Shown: positions 1-28,707 of the stretch, one piece after another
Layout: each line of letters begins with the position of its first letter
Position numbering within the stretch: position 1 is the first letter of the stretch
Assembly: GCA_012295275.1 (NCBI GenBank)
Contig: CM022674.1
Location: forward strand, 11,656,001-11,720,000
Direction of reading: 5' to 3'
From: Chrysomallon squamiferum
Lineage: Eukaryota; Animalia; Mollusca
Length of the DNA: 64,000 nucleotides
Position numbers and translations under genes: made by a program
Notes under the pieces: model-generated
The model's input: the letters and a program-made list of their open reading frames with translations, nothing else
Databases searched by the model: none
What the model was told of the DNA's origin: nothing

Positions 1-56
<56 letters not shown>

Positions 57-159
57 TAGTTAATTATTTAATAAAAAGAACGAAAAAAATAATTTCATTA
101 CAGAAAATGCAGAAATTTATTCAATAAACACATCCTCATATAAACGTGATGAACATTAC

Positions 160-237
160 GTTTGGAATAGTGCAGGTTGGTGTAAGACAAAGTGTACACT
201 GGTAAATCTTCGGTGGTTTCAGTACAATTTGGAATAT
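160..237 (-). CDS. Possible internal exon of the next downstream gene, product unknown
   Basis: tttcatag|..IPNCTETTEDLPVYTLSYTNLHYSK..|GTAATG; 78 nt, phase 1-1, open; unique sequence among simple repeats. Confidence 0.4.
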
Positions 238-1495
238 CTATGAAAGTTTAGTTTAGTCATCTTCATCTTGCATTAAAATATTTTGGACACAAAATTTGAT
301 TTTTAAAAGAAAAACCGAAAAATTAAGATTAATAAATAGACAAATAAGAGGACACATAGATAGCTAGATAGATAAACAGATTCGAAGATAGATGGAAAAT
401 TGATAGGTAGATGGATATATATATAGAGATAAAGAGATAAGTAGGGTGGCATAGAGCTAGACAGGTAGATAGATTGACAGACAGACAGATGCTGAGACAG
501 ACATATCGATAGATAGACATTTGTCGAAGATGGATTGAACAACAATATTCTGACATGTATTTATGCGTGTATGAAGGTATGTGTGCATGCATGCGTATGT
601 GTCTGTGAGTATGGATATATGCAAGATATATACACGTGCGTATGCGTGTGTGCGTCTGTGCATTATATTTATGTACGCCTCTGTGTTAAAACAGACAGCA
701 GAATCGTGTTTACGATAATAATTTTCGCTTCTAAGACATGATTATAAACAGGTTTTTAAAAAAAAATGTAAGTAAATATCTTGTGTAAGGCAGCTGTATA
801 AACGTATACAAATATATTATAGTAAGTTAAGCTGCCCTTGTCAAAGACATTAAAATATAACAAAAATCACTGGCTGAGAGATATATAAAAAGCTAACTTT
901 TTATTCTGAATAGCGTATACAATATTCATCTGAAAATACAACTTTGTGTCACACCCAAACACCCGCAGAGATAATGCGTAGATACGTCAGAACATAGATA
1001 GCATCAAGCTTAATTTAACGTCGTTATTTATATTCAAAGTCCTTCAGTGCAGTGTCTGAAAGCTCTCACAGTCTGCCCAGAAATTCATAAAAGTAGTGTT
1101 TTTATTACTCACATTATTATTACTAGTAGTAGTATTAGTATTAATATTAGTATTATTACAAACTCACAGACATACATACATAAAGTCGCGCACATTATTA
1201 TATTTAAGTTAAAACAATCGAGATCTGAAAAGAAATAATAAAAGAAAAACATTAATGTATCAGATAATATCTGTTTGTTGACGTACAACAAGCGAGTGAA
1301 AAACACAGCGTGGAAGACGTGTAATAGTGTAGATGAGCAGTGAGGCATTGCAAGTGTGTTTTTATTAGTTCACTACAACAATCTAGTCAAACGTTGTCAA
1401 ACTAGTCTTCTTAATACTTTCTTCAAAACAGTTTTAAATTTCACTCACAAATTATCAGCTGCTTTTATCGCAAAACATTAATGCAATAACAACAT

Positions 1496-1542
<47 letters not shown>

Positions 1543-1689
1543 GAATACAGGCCAACAAACAGCAAGCCATACACGACCAGTGAAACATTTTCGTAGAGCA
1601 GTAGATGTGAGATGTCTTGAGGCAAAACTGTTTGTATGTCTAACAAAAGCTACAATAATGGATACCTTATTGTCTCTACACAAACCCGA

Positions 1690-1740
1690 TCTATCCACTG
1701 AAACAGTCCCGGTAGGTAGGTAGGCAGGCTTATAGGCTGT
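1690..1740 (-). promoter_or_regulatory. Candidate core promoter of a downstream minus-strand gene
   Basis: TATAAG (1734-1729) about 35 nt upstream of TCAGT (1701-1697); candidate donors follow near 1665 and 1541. Confidence 0.35.
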
Positions 1741-2471
1741 TGCTAGGAAATGTCTATTTAGTTGTTGTTGTTTTGTTTTTTTTTCTATTTTTCTTTTCCT
1801 TTTTTTTTTTTTTTTTTTCTTCTTTTTTTTGTTGCTGTTCTTTTATTCCGAAAAGCTAATGTTATTTTAATGTTTTTGCCCCTGACACTCACCGTTGAGT
1901 TTCCTAAGTAATTTTTATTCTTCTGGGTTTTTTGTTGTTTTTTTTCTTCAAATTTTATCACTACACTCACCATCTGATGGTTCAACATTTACATGAAAAC
2001 TCTCGTCAGGTGAATAGATATAGAAATATATCCCTAATGCTAAACCAAACCCTGTCAACAATGATAATCGAAATTTGACCCTAAACCTAACCATAGCACC
2101 CAGCCCAACCCCAAACCTAACACTGGCCCTATGTCTAGCTGTATTATTAATTATAACTATGCGATAAACTAACGTTTTATAAAACATCCACTGTTAACTA
2201 TCCAAAGTGATGACCTTTAATGTTTACCATTCTTAAACCTGTTCTTAAACATAACCGTAACCCTAATCCTAATCCTAGCAGTATCGTTATTTATATCATG
2301 CTCATTTTTTTGTTTAAATAAATGTTATATTTAACTATAAACTCTCACCCACCGTTACGTTTCCAAAGTCAATTTTCTGAAATAAAAGTTATATTAACTT
2401 TTTTCATCTAAAAGTCAGTTAACTTTCCAATGTCAACTTTTTAAAATGTTGTCAGTTAAACTATCTATCTA

Positions 2472-2521
<50 letters not shown>

Positions 2522-3061
2522 AGTTAAACTATGAATTTCAAAATCCAAATTTTTTATTTAAATCTCTTCAGATAGTTTGACAGCGAAATTATCTATTTAT
2601 TTATTTATTTATTCATCTTAATAAGGCTATCTTTTAATGGAAGTAAATTAGAAACAAAAGTTATTATGTGATACGTGTTACATTGATGATTCTGTATTCT
2701 TTTACTGACACGTGGAAAGTGATAAAAGAGTGTTTCTGTGTGTTTGTGTTTTTATGTGTGAGTAGATAAAACTATTTTGAGGAAAGCATTAAGTAAATAA
2801 TAAACCTATCTGAGCATAAAAACACGAGCAATGGATACCCGCACTCAGCTGTGACGACAGTAGTCTCCCTTGTTATGTCTCGACAGATATTTAGTTTTGT
2901 TTTGTCTGTTTTAAATGTAGCAACAAACATGTCTGCCTTTTTCTTGTCATCTCTAAACGAATCTTTGTTATAGTAAATTAATTCACAGTTGTATTTTCTC
3001 TTTAGTACTGCACATATAGAGATATACTGCTAGTACTACTACTACTTATAATAATAATACC

Positions 3062-3103
<42 letters not shown>

Positions 3104-3108
3104 ACTAC

Positions 3109-3181
<73 letters not shown>

Positions 3182-4254
3182 TATTATTATTATTATTATT
3201 ATATTGCTATTCGTTCAGTTGCTGCTGCTGGTAATAATAATACTCCTACTACTACTACGACTACTGTTACTAGTACTGTTACACTTGATGGTAATGGACG
3301 AAAAACACTTCTTGAAAGATTTCACTATAAGTGTATGTATTGACAATATTAAACTGGAGAAAAAAATAAGTTGAAGAATCAGAGATAGATTAACAAAAAA
3401 GAGAAAACTGAATAGAGAAATTAAATAGAAGACAAATTCCTTTTTGTTTTAAAACTATTCATAATTATAATCAGTAACGGTATTAAATAATATCACTCGA
3501 TATCAAGCGATTCTGTTGTAATTTACTTATTGGTCGTAGTGACACCTGTTAACATGCCACCAAATGTTCAGTGAGATTTCTCAGTCGTCTGGCTGTTTAA
3601 AGAAGTAGTCTTTTTTGTAACTATTTACACACATATAATTTTAATGTCGTTACGTATGTTTGCTTTCTTTTTTGATTCGGAAAAGTAATAATCATAATAA
3701 TAATAATAATGACAACAACAACAACAACACAAACAGTAACAACAACAGCAAAAACAACAATAATAATAATAATAAAAATAATAATAACAATAATAATAAT
3801 TGTAACCAATTTTTTTTAGTAATATAGAAGAAGAATAAGGATTCACACGTACAGTAATTTAAGCTAGAAAAGTAAGGAAAAACATCGTTTTATGCATGAC
3901 AAAAATATGATAATTACAACAAGAACCTTCATCTTTGAAACAGCAGGGGGAAAAGGCTTTTTTTCTGTCATGAATTTATACAATAAGCCGAAAACCCAGA
4001 ATATAGTAATGATAATAATTATATAAACAAAAAATAAATCTCAACTAATATCTACGACTTATTACAGAAAACAAACTACAAGAGATGCACCCCAATAAGC
4101 TTTATTCAAAATAAAGCAAATATATAAAAATTCAAAATAGTAACAAATGAATTAAATGAAGTAAAAAATACGAATCCAGCTACAGGAATAGGAAAGCAAG
4201 CAGGAACAAAAATAATGAAAATGAAACTAAATGTAAACATAAGAATAACAGTAA

Positions 4255-4301
<47 letters not shown>

Positions 4302-4462
4302 ATAATAATAATAATAATATAAAACGCAACGACAACAGCCCAAAGCAAAACATTTTCTTTTTATGCCAGGTCAAAGAAAAGAAAGAAAAGTATTGCGTAT
4401 ATTACAAAACAATTTGGATTTCAGTAATCCAGGTTTCAGCTCCAGGAAAAAGTAAACCGCAA

Positions 4463-4522
<60 letters not shown>

Positions 4523-5084
4523 TAATAATAATAGTAAAAATAAATAGACGAAAAGAAACAATAAAATAATACTTTAAAAAAAAAAAAAAAAACAAAAAAT
4601 AATAAGAAAATGAAAATATGAAAAGTAATAAAAAAAGGAAGAAAAGCAAAACGAAATTTGGCAGAAAATTAAATCTGACGATAGCGAATTTGTTTTTATT
4701 AGCATAAGATCTTGAATAATAAATAAATAAAATAAAATAAATAGATAAATAAATAAGTAATTGAAACAAATAATAATAATAATACCCACAATTGAGAAAA
4801 AAGTGTAGTTCTCATCAAACAATAAAAAAAAAAAAAATATATATATATATACACACAAAACAAAATTATATATAACTGGTTAAACAACAACAACTATGAA
4901 ATAAAAATCAGAAGAAAGAAAATCAGAGAAAAAAACAAAAGAAGACAAATAATTACCAAAACGTAATATAGTTAGTAAAACATGCTAAAGCAAAGAAAAC
5001 CTTTAAACAAAGGCAATTTCACCTAAAAGTAAAAACAGTTTTCAACTTCAGTTTGCTACTACACTATATGCAATATTTGTCAGG

Positions 5085-18506
<13,422 letters not shown>

Positions 18507-19584
18507 CTTTAGTTTGAACTGAACAAAAAACAACAAAAAACAACAACATATTAATTAGTTAATTAATTAAGGAAATTTAAATTGAATATTCCGAGCATAT
18601 GCAGCTGTGATCTTTCATGTTAGTCTTAGTATAAGTCAACACTGAAGTAATCAGATATATATATATATATTTTTTGTTTGTTACACATTTTATTTGTTAG
18701 AATCCTAGCAGACTGAGTCCCCATTTGTGGTACGAATCATTCTCCTAGAAACTAACATTTTATTTATTCTCAAAAATATTTATCAATTTTGAATTTCCTA
18801 TTAACCATTTTCAGTCCGTTGACAACAGTTTATTACTATTATTATTACTGTTAATATTATTTTTATTATTGTTATTGTTAATATTATGATTATTGTTATT
18901 ATTTTTATTATTAATGTTGTCGTTGTAGTTGATGTTTGATTTGTTTTTCGCTTAGCGGAACACACTAATAGTTCGTCTAAACCGCTGTTGATATGTACTC
19001 TTTCGTCACTGCAGATCAAACATAAAAATAAAAGAATAGAATAACAAAAAACAAAACACAAAAAATAAATGGTGAGGTATATTTAACGTCAAAAGCAATA
19101 TACAAAATAGCGTAAATATGTGTGTTGATGCGTAACAAGCGACTGAAAACTCATCATGGCTGACTGTTGTTGTAAGAGGTGAGTACTAGTCTAGATGAGC
19201 AGTGATGTGTTACACGTGATGGATTAGTAAGAGAGAGGTAAAACCAGTTATCTCGTTTCTTAATACTTTTAAAATTTCATTGAAAACAGAAATATCAGCT
19301 TTACGTTTTGGTGAAATAATAATGTAATAATAAATAAATAAAGTAAATACTTTTAATTGTTTAAAGTAAAATATAACAGCATGAAATAGCATAAGTAAAT
19401 GTTTAAATCAATAAATACATAAATAAAATACAATAAAATAAAATAAAAGATTAAACATATAAATAAATAGATAAATAATATAAAACAAAATAAAGCAAAA
19501 CAAAATATAATATGATAAAATAAGTAAATAAATAAGTAACTAACTAACTAAATCAATAAATGAACAAACAAATAAATAAATGAA

Positions 19585-19623
<39 letters not shown>

Positions 19624-19789
19624 AATGAAATTATGTAAAATGAGAAATAAAAGAACGAAAGAAATCAAACAGAAGTTAGAAGTATTTCTGTGTTTCTACA
19701 TTTAAAATTAAGATAATATGAGAAACACAAAATTTTCTAAGATTTAAACACTCATTTATTTATTTATCAACGAAATAACTACTACTCAC

Positions 19790-20050
19790 CTAAGATATCA
19801 GACAGACATTTTCACTGATACAAATTCCTATACTTACAAGTTCAGAGAAAGTGTGTACATTCGTTCAACATACACATATACAGAATATATACACGTACGT
19901 TTATTGAAGTAAGGGAAACTTAACCTACCTTCTTTCTTGTGACATTCACAAACGTTGTCCTCACTTAAACAGTTTGACGTGTTTGGTATAAAACAGAAAA
20001 CTACATCCAAGATGAGTTTTGCTGTATTTTATATGTTTTTGGACAAAGAA
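19790..20050 (-). promoter_or_regulatory. Putative non-coding first exon (~19790-19818) and upstream region of the EGF-ZP-SRCR gene
   Basis: Donor AG|GTGAGT at 19789; TCAGT initiator-like motif at 19814-19818; block 19922-20050 is conserved in a second copy at 32680-32793. Confidence 0.45.
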
Positions 20051-20386
20051 TGCATTATATGATATTTCAAACAATCATGTTTTACATATTTGTTTTTATA
20101 TCATTTACTAATTTATTTTTAATGGAAACTTTACAAAAATGCTCTAGTGATGTAAACACTAGTTCTGGTACAGTGAGCATACTTGGAACGAACAATTAAC
20201 ATTCGTGTAAAGTACTTTTCACTAATTTATCTTATAATATTTCTTTCGAGGAAAAAAAAAATTTAAAAATAGAGAGGTAATAATAATAAAGAGCTATAAA
20301 GACAAACCTGGGGATGTCTCGAACATAACCTGTTGTATTTGTTGAATAAAAGAAACACAAACTGTGCATTAACAGAATTACGCACA

Positions 20387-20453
<67 letters not shown>

Positions 20454-20519
20454 TCGCACAAATATAAGAAAATTGTCCCAAAAGCCAAGCAATTTTCTAC
20501 AACTAGATTAAATTTAATA

Positions 20520-20670
20520 CACACATACATACATACTTACATACATATACATACATACATACATACATACATACACACATATACATACATACATATATAT
20601 ATATACACATACATATATATATATATACACACACATATATACATACATACATACATATATACACACACAC

Positions 20671-20703
<33 letters not shown>

Positions 20704-20717
20704 CATACATACATACA

Positions 20718-20751
<34 letters not shown>

Positions 20752-20802
20752 CACACACACATACATACATACATACATACATATATACACACATACATAC
20801 AC

Positions 20803-20833
<31 letters not shown>

Positions 20834-20905
20834 CACACACATACATACATACATATATACACACATACATACATACACATACATACATACATACATACAC
20901 ATACA

Positions 20906-20939
<34 letters not shown>

Positions 20940-21049
20940 CATACACATATACATACATACATACATACATACATACATACATACATACATACATACATAC
21001 ATACATACATACATACATACATACATACATACATACATACATACACACA

Positions 21050-21085
<36 letters not shown>

Positions 21086-21160
21086 TACACACATACATGC
21101 ATGCATATACATTCATATACAGACATAAACATATGCACACACACACACACACATACATAG
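20520..21160. repeat. (TACA)n/(CA)n compound microsatellite
   Basis: ~640 nt of catacatacata; source of the MYVC pseudo-ORFs. Confidence 0.97.
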
Positions 21161-22139
21161 ATATATAGTTATCGTCATGTTAGATATTTAAAATTAAAGA
21201 TGACTTTTCTGCATTTTCCACACTTGAGTTAACTCTGACAACACTGGGAGTTGCTACGCAATATACAATACATTAATTTTCAGATAAGTGCTCTTAGTTT
21301 CTTTTTTTTCTTCCTAATCGGTCGTTCGTTTCAACATTAAACTACATCAGCTAAGATAATGCATGCATACATACAACCACTGATATATCCATGCATAGAT
21401 CGATAGATACGTAGATAGATAAATATATTATAGATGAACACATATGCTAAGTAATCTGAGATTCCACTTTCTACGTCTTAAAGTACTCACATACATAACA
21501 GCATACGAACATTATTGCTTTTAAAGTAGATAATAATTCCTTTTATCGTACTGCTGGTGATATGTGAACGACAATAATGAAAGAACACATTTATTTACTT
21601 TTCACGCTTCAGTTAAATTTAACAACAATGGGAGTTTCTGTACAGTACTCTAGCATCAGTTAATAGCATCTAACTATGTCATTAAAATGACAACACACAC
21701 ATTTACAGTACTGTTAATACTTCTACTACTATGTATTTTGATGTTGCTACTTATAATACTAGTACAACTCTTACTTCTATTACTAGTACAGTACTATGTT
21801 TACTATTATTTCTGTTACCAAAAGTTCTATTACAATGTTATTTTTATTACTACTATTAGTACTTTTATTGTTTTAACAACTACATCTATCAATGCTGCTG
21901 ATGTTACTTCTGCTACTACTACAACAACTTTCCTGTTACTATTACTGTAATGCATGCAGATTTGAATGTATTTTAATTTAAATTATGATAAATTTAGAAG
22001 GTGACTGATTGGATGTAAATACCTAAAATGTATAGGATATCCCCCCATATTTGATTCATGTAAAGAATAAAGAAGAACAAGGAAAAGAAAAGAAAGAAAG
22101 AAAATACAAGAAAAGAAGACTTGTGGTTCCATATTCAGT

Positions 22140-22470
22140 CAAAGCATGTTCCAACTGAGCAAGCATTACTATCTGACTCTGGTTTCACCCAGGACATGCT
22201 CAGCGGGTTAGAGGTCCGGAGAAACAGTCGGTCAGGAAAAAACATCAGTTGTCTTCAGACGTCTGCTACAACACGTACTGCAATACAGAGTTACCTCCCT
22301 GCGTTTTACTAAGGGGAAGGACGAAAGGTCTAATGATGTCAAACTGCCTTAAATAATGACATGCTGAGTCCAGCCGTGAGACGTAACACCACCCGTAACA
22401 ATCATACCTCCTCCTGAAACTTGGATGTCGCTGTCACGTGGTATGAGAGTCTGTCGATGAAGTGGAAGCT
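22140..22470 (-). mobile_element. Degraded Tc1-type transposase fragment (DDE domain)
   Basis: Minus-strand SGGGMIVTGGVTSHGWTQHVII*GSLT, IIRPFVLP and DVFS*PTVSPDL*PAEHVL match the Tc1 motifs GGGSVMVWG, ILRPxVLP and WPxxSPDLNPIEHVW in the correct order. Confidence 0.8.
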
Positions 22471-22591
22471 TCTTGCCCAGGACGCATGTTGTGTTCCGTG
22501 CGGCTCTGGCATCATTGGTCTCAACCCAGGGATATTTTCTGCTTTTTGAACCGAATTTTAAATGAACCAAATGAATACTTGTTGTTAATAA

Positions 22592-22712
<121 letters not shown>

Positions 22713-23164
22713 AGACACACACACACAAACACACACACATATTTAAAGAGACTGAATAGAAAATGATGTGTATAAAACATCGGTTCTTTACTCTCGGGGT
22801 GTAAGACGCAGCTATCCCTCAATTCTTTATTAGAGAAGAAAGAAAATAAAAATGACACTGGGCTGGTCTCGTATGTATTCAACTACGGTCTGCTGCTCTA
22901 GAGAAGCAGATATGCATGACTGGTAATACATACTTAGTTTTCTGTTGTTTTTTTTTTTTTTTTTTTTTTTGAGAAACAAGAAAGCATATATTTGTGGTTG
23001 CCTTTAACGTTAAGTGAAGGACACAAGTAACGGCATACATAAAATGACCCCAGCACACATGCATACATACAAACACATACAGACAGTACATGTGTATAAG
23101 ATTTTGGTAGGATGCTAGTTATATAGAGGTAATGTGTGTCCAGACTGTAACTTAAATAAATATG

Positions 23165-23267
<103 letters not shown>

Positions 23268-23322
23268 ATCAATAAATCAATAAATAATCATCTTATTTCG
23301 CTAGGCTTTCGTCAAAACATAT

Positions 23323-23375
<53 letters not shown>

Positions 23376-23489
23376 TAGTTAGATAGATAGATAGGTAGAT
23401 ACATAGATAGATAAATAGAGAGACAGATAGATAGATAGAGAGATAGATAGATAGATAGATAGATTGATTGATTGATAGATATATAGATG

Positions 23490-23545
23490 TTTTTAATTGG
23501 TATCTTGTTCGACAAGCGCAGAGTGTGTCCGAACCATAATTCAGT
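23490..23545 (-). mobile_element. Tiny LINE (RTE-like) ORF2 C-terminal fragment
   Basis: LWFGHTLRLSNKIPIK resembles the LRWFGHVxRMxxxRxPK motif; very short. Confidence 0.45.
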
Positions 23546-23903
23546 TGATGTATTGTTATTGCTGTTTATAGCGTTGTTTATATGACTTACATCATTACAA
23601 GTTGGAATAGCACTAGCAACAGTAGTAGTTGTAGCAGTAGTTGTTGTTTCTATCGTCTTTGTTTTAGTAATAATTGCCCTCAGTCTACTTTTCAAAAATA
23701 ATTAAACAAGCTTAGCATTCAAACAAATAAAGAAAACTAATAAAAAAGCAAAGAAGGAAATAAGCAAACAAACAATACAAAAAACAAACAAACAAACAGA
23801 TAAATGAATAAACAAATAAACACATATACTTGTCTACGGAATATGTTTGTAGACAAGTATATGTGTATTACACTATATATACATTTCAGAGAACCAGTAA
23901 CTC

Positions 23904-23947
<44 letters not shown>

Positions 23948-24043
23948 AAGTAATAATAATAATAATAATAAGATATGATATAAATAGAGCAAAAATGTTT
24001 TTTTCTTTTCATTACGTTAGTATATTTCTTTCCAAACAGATCA

Positions 24044-24258
<215 letters not shown>

Positions 24259-25000
24259 GTATGCTTACACACTCTTAAATACATTATTTTATAAATTCAG
24301 CGATGTTTTATCTTTTCTATTTAGACGTACACATTTAAAAAAAAAAAAATGTATTAATAAAACTTTTTTTTTTTGGTTTGAGGGGAAGGGTTATTATGTT
24401 TTCCCCTGGATTTGATTTGTGATCATTTATTAAGTTTTTAATATTATCACGTGATTTCGGCAAGATGAATAAAAAATAGACATATTAAATTAAATAAATA
24501 ATTAAATAAATTAATAAATAAATAATATTTACCGAGTCATGATCGAGGTGATGAAATACACCGTCAAAAATCTCTAAATATTCATAGTTCAACGAAACTG
24601 TAATATTATATAATTATATGTTGATAACCAAACCATGACGCAACAAGGGAGGTAAGTGGGAAGAAACGAAGTTATCTCTCTTTTTGATTTTTTATTCTGT
24701 TTTATTTGTCTAATTTCTCTTTGTAAAAGAGAGATACTGGCTGTAAATGACACAAAGGTCAGGTAGAAGGAACGAAGCTGTCTCTTTCTTGTTTTTACTT
24801 TTCGGGACATTTTCATTAATTTGTCTAATTTCTGCTGCTGATAGAGACTTACTTGCGGTATACATCATGGATTTATGAAATACGTCACTCGCCTCTCTTT
24901 ACAAATATTAAAACTAAAAATATTAAACTAATTCCTATTTACTTCTTTCAGACAAATATTATTGTTAGTGTTATTGTTGTTTTTGTTGTTGTTGTTGTTA

Positions 25001-25040
<40 letters not shown>

Positions 25041-25041
25041 G

Positions 25042-25109
<68 letters not shown>

Positions 25110-25698
25110 GTTGTAAGGTCATAAGTATAAATCATCGGAAAATATTCTTATATGATTTGATCAACCGTATTGGAATGACCTGTTAAAAATTCTCATTACA
25201 GTTACAAGTTGTTTTAAAATGAAAGGAACTTTCTCTTTGTTGTTACTTTTTCTCTGGTTTTTCAACTTATTTGTTTCTCCCTGTGTAATATGTTCAGTGC
25301 ATCTATTCGGTCACTGCAGACAAGTATAGTGAAAATGTTGAAGAAGTGTTCTTCATCCATTACCATGAAGTGAAGTATGATTTTACTGAATGAAGAATGT
25401 TTAGTGATAAGAAATTGAGGTGTGATGTACGATATGAAATTCTATCACTAGATATCGAGTGATGATGTGTAATCCTTGCTGATTGGTGGTGCTGTCACGT
25501 GCTATGATGCCACCAAAAATTCAGCAAATGTTCGCATTCGTCTGATTCTTTAAAGAAGTAGTCATTTCCGTAACACTTTCTATAGCTATAATTATAATGT
25601 TGTTGAGTTATAGTTCTTTTGTATACGACAATACCAAGGATATTCAGAAAATAATAATAATAATGATAAAATACAATAACAATAACAATAACAATAAT

Positions 25699-25784
<86 letters not shown>

Positions 25785-26293
25785 TATTTAATATTGAAAA
25801 AATAAGGACTAATAATTAAATAATCGACACGATGTGTGAAGAAACTATAGCAACAGTTAAAGCAGATCTTCCATCTTGGAAATAGCACGACGAATAATCA
25901 CGACGGAAATTCGAAAGCGTTTCCTCCGCCACGGATTTTTACCGAACCTCCAGAATGTCCAGAAACACAAATGAGAAGAAAATAAATAACAACACACAGG
26001 AAGAGCAAAACAGAGAGGTAATTTGTATTCCAGCATAGAGTAATGACAATAATTACGTAAACATGAATTAATATGCAAGTAATAATTTCGACTTATAAAA
26101 TAAAACAAATCACATGAGATTCATTGCTACAAGCTTAATTCAGTAAAGAAACACAATATAAAATATTAATCAATACATAACCAAACATGTTTTTGAGAAA
26201 ATACAAAAATAGAACAAAAAACCCCTAAAAAAACAAGCTTTACTATAGCAAAACAAGCAATCAAATATAATAATAACAATAATAATAATAATA

Positions 26294-26337
<44 letters not shown>

Positions 26338-26421
26338 TGATGATGATGATGATGATGGTAATAATGAGAAGAACAATAAAAATAATAACAATACAAATAA
26401 TAATAATAATAATAATAATAA

Positions 26422-26501
<80 letters not shown>

Positions 26502-27111
26502 TGATGATGATGATGATGATGATGAAAAGAAAAGTCAGCACATCAATGAAAGTTACGGAGTAGAATGTCTATAAAATATCGATATTCCTTTATCATTTAA
26601 CTTTAATTTTCTGCAGATTTCTTTTTCTTTTCTTTTTTCTTTTTCATTTTGACAGCCTACTACAGCCAATTAATGAACAACTTTCTCTCACGCGATAAAA
26701 CAAGTGAAATGCTGATGTTTGTTTTCTTCTTTTAGTTTTTATTAATTTATTAACTTATTTATTTATTTATTTATTTAAATAGTGCCTGAAATGATATCTA
26801 TTAGTGTGTCCTTCAAGTTTTTAAATAAATACTACTATTACTACTACTACTAACAATAGTAATGATACTACTACTACTAATAATAATAATAACAATAGTA
26901 AAACATTAACCTTTGTTTTATTCTGTTTTCTCTTTGTAAGCAATATATCATGTGATTCCATGCAAAATTACGAACCAGAGTGTAAAACACAACTAGAAAA
27001 AAAAAAAAAAAAAAAAAAACCCTGTGTTTATTAAATAAAACTATTAATTAAACTATCAATTTATTGGAAACTAAACTAATAGTTTTAACATAAATACTGA
27101 ACAGCTTATAA

Positions 27112-27235
27112 TTAGAACACGATGTAAACTCTCAGAAGACAGTGATGAAGAGCAGGTTCCAAACCGTCACACTTAACGTCATACTTCCATACATTCCTAC
27201 TAGTGACACTGCTACCAACAGAAGACATTCTGAAT
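27112..27235 (-). pseudogene. Orphan truncated SRCR exon paralogous to the SRCR2 second exon
   Basis: ctcttcacag|A then FRMSSVGSSVTSRNVWKYDVKCDGLEPALHHCLLRVYIVF*, versus NRWKYDANCYDYEPGLHLCVL at 10681-10832. Same acceptor phase; last two Cys missing. Confidence 0.8.
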
Positions 27236-27572
27236 CTGTGAAGAGAAATATTATGTTGTCCACAATTAGAAAAAAAAAATAAGAAAAAAAATACAAGAAC
27301 AAAATCACCAACATATTAATAACAAAAAAGAAAATAATGATACAAAATAACAGTTGCCATTATTACCACTGACTACAACCACCACATATCCTTTTAATTC
27401 TACCGCTACTAAAGATAATAATGATTATGTTTTGTTATTTTTATTGTTAATTTACTTTAAAGAAAATATAAACTTTTCGGCTCAAAGAAATTGCTTTTGT
27501 GTCTGTCTATGTTTTACTTTCAGTTGACATTGACAGCACGCTGAAGTCAAATTCCAAGTGGTGCCTATACAC

Positions 27573-27660
<88 letters not shown>

Positions 27661-28147
27661 TACGTGTTTCGTATTAAACAATGGTTGTAGAAGAAACACT
27701 GATCGTTTTCATGATATTAAATTATATGGAGTGGAAGCTGAAAGAAAAAGGTTACTAAATACGTGGGTGGCTGTTAGCATCAGAAATGATTGCGTTTTGC
27801 CAATTTTATTCCAAGTGATGTTTATTACTAAATATCAGACCAATCCCGTCTTCTAATAATAGTTTATTTCTGTATTTATCATTTATAGCGATGACAACTT
27901 GTCACATTACGAAAAAACCTGTTTCAGTCCGTCTAACAAAAGATACTAAACACGTGAGAACTATTAACATTTGTTACATACCCAGTTATTATACACAGGC
28001 AGCTTTGGGTAAGCGAGCCTCTGTAATGACTGGAAGAGTCACCGTCCACAACGTGTTTCTCGTTTTATTATATTAGTAAGTGCTACAACGACAGCAATAA
28101 CAACAACAACAACAACAACAATAACAATAATAATAATAATAAAAATA

Positions 28148-28194
<47 letters not shown>

Positions 28195-28403
28195 CATTAA
28201 ACAATTAAATGAACTAAAATAAGCTAAACAAATAAAAAGGTAGATTGTCAGATATATCTGTCTATATACATATATGTTTTTGTTTCTATCTCGCTGTATA
28301 TCAATTTAATATATATTTATACACTACAGAGGTACCAGAACCATACGAAAAGCACTGTGTGCTTTAGTCATTCACTAAACCTGCGTGTAATCGACCTTTA
28401 ACA

Positions 28404-28441
28404 TTTGCCCGTACGCTCGCTTGCCGTATTAGTACGGCAAA
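28404..28441. other. Stem-loop with NANTANTAC-type nonanucleotide; candidate viral origin or terminal hairpin remnant
   Basis: TTGCCGTA-ttag-TACGGCAA at 28421-28440; TATTAGTAC on the top strand and TACTAATAC on the bottom; direct repeat TACGCTCGCTT at 28412 and 28525. Confidence 0.55.
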
Positions 28442-28548
28442 GTAAGATTTAAAAGCAGTACGTAAAAGTGTGATTTAAAGTCTCGAATTTAATCTAAACT
28501 GTTAATTGTTGATATGAATGACGCTACGCTCGCTTCTCTTTTTATTTC

Positions 28549-28620
28549 TCGCATATGCGATATAAAATGAGATCTTGCGAGAACGTGATTTGCAGTCACG
28601 TGACAAATCTTATAAATAGG
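28549..28620 (+). promoter_or_regulatory. Viral-type promoter upstream of VP
   Basis: Palindrome TCGCATATGCGA 28549-28560, E-box palindrome GTCACGTGAC 28595-28604, TATAAATA 28611-28618, ~90 nt before the ATG at 28708. Confidence 0.6.
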
Positions 28621-28707
28621 CAGACATTTTTAAATTCGCCATCTTTGCATGTAAGCGATTGTTGTAGTAAGTATCGTTGCTTAGTCTGTGTTAACTGAAA
28701 TTTTAAA

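Noticed and set aside
20503-21158. ~200-aa MYVC-type ORFs, and poly-I/Y/N/ER/LS ORFs throughout the window
   Set aside because: Translations of (TACA)n, (AAT)n, (CT)n and (TATC)n microsatellites
27750-27890. Possible SRCR first-half exon for the orphan exon (ITWNKIGKTQSF)
   Set aside because: No RLxxG/EGRVE or CxxLG motifs, and stops are present
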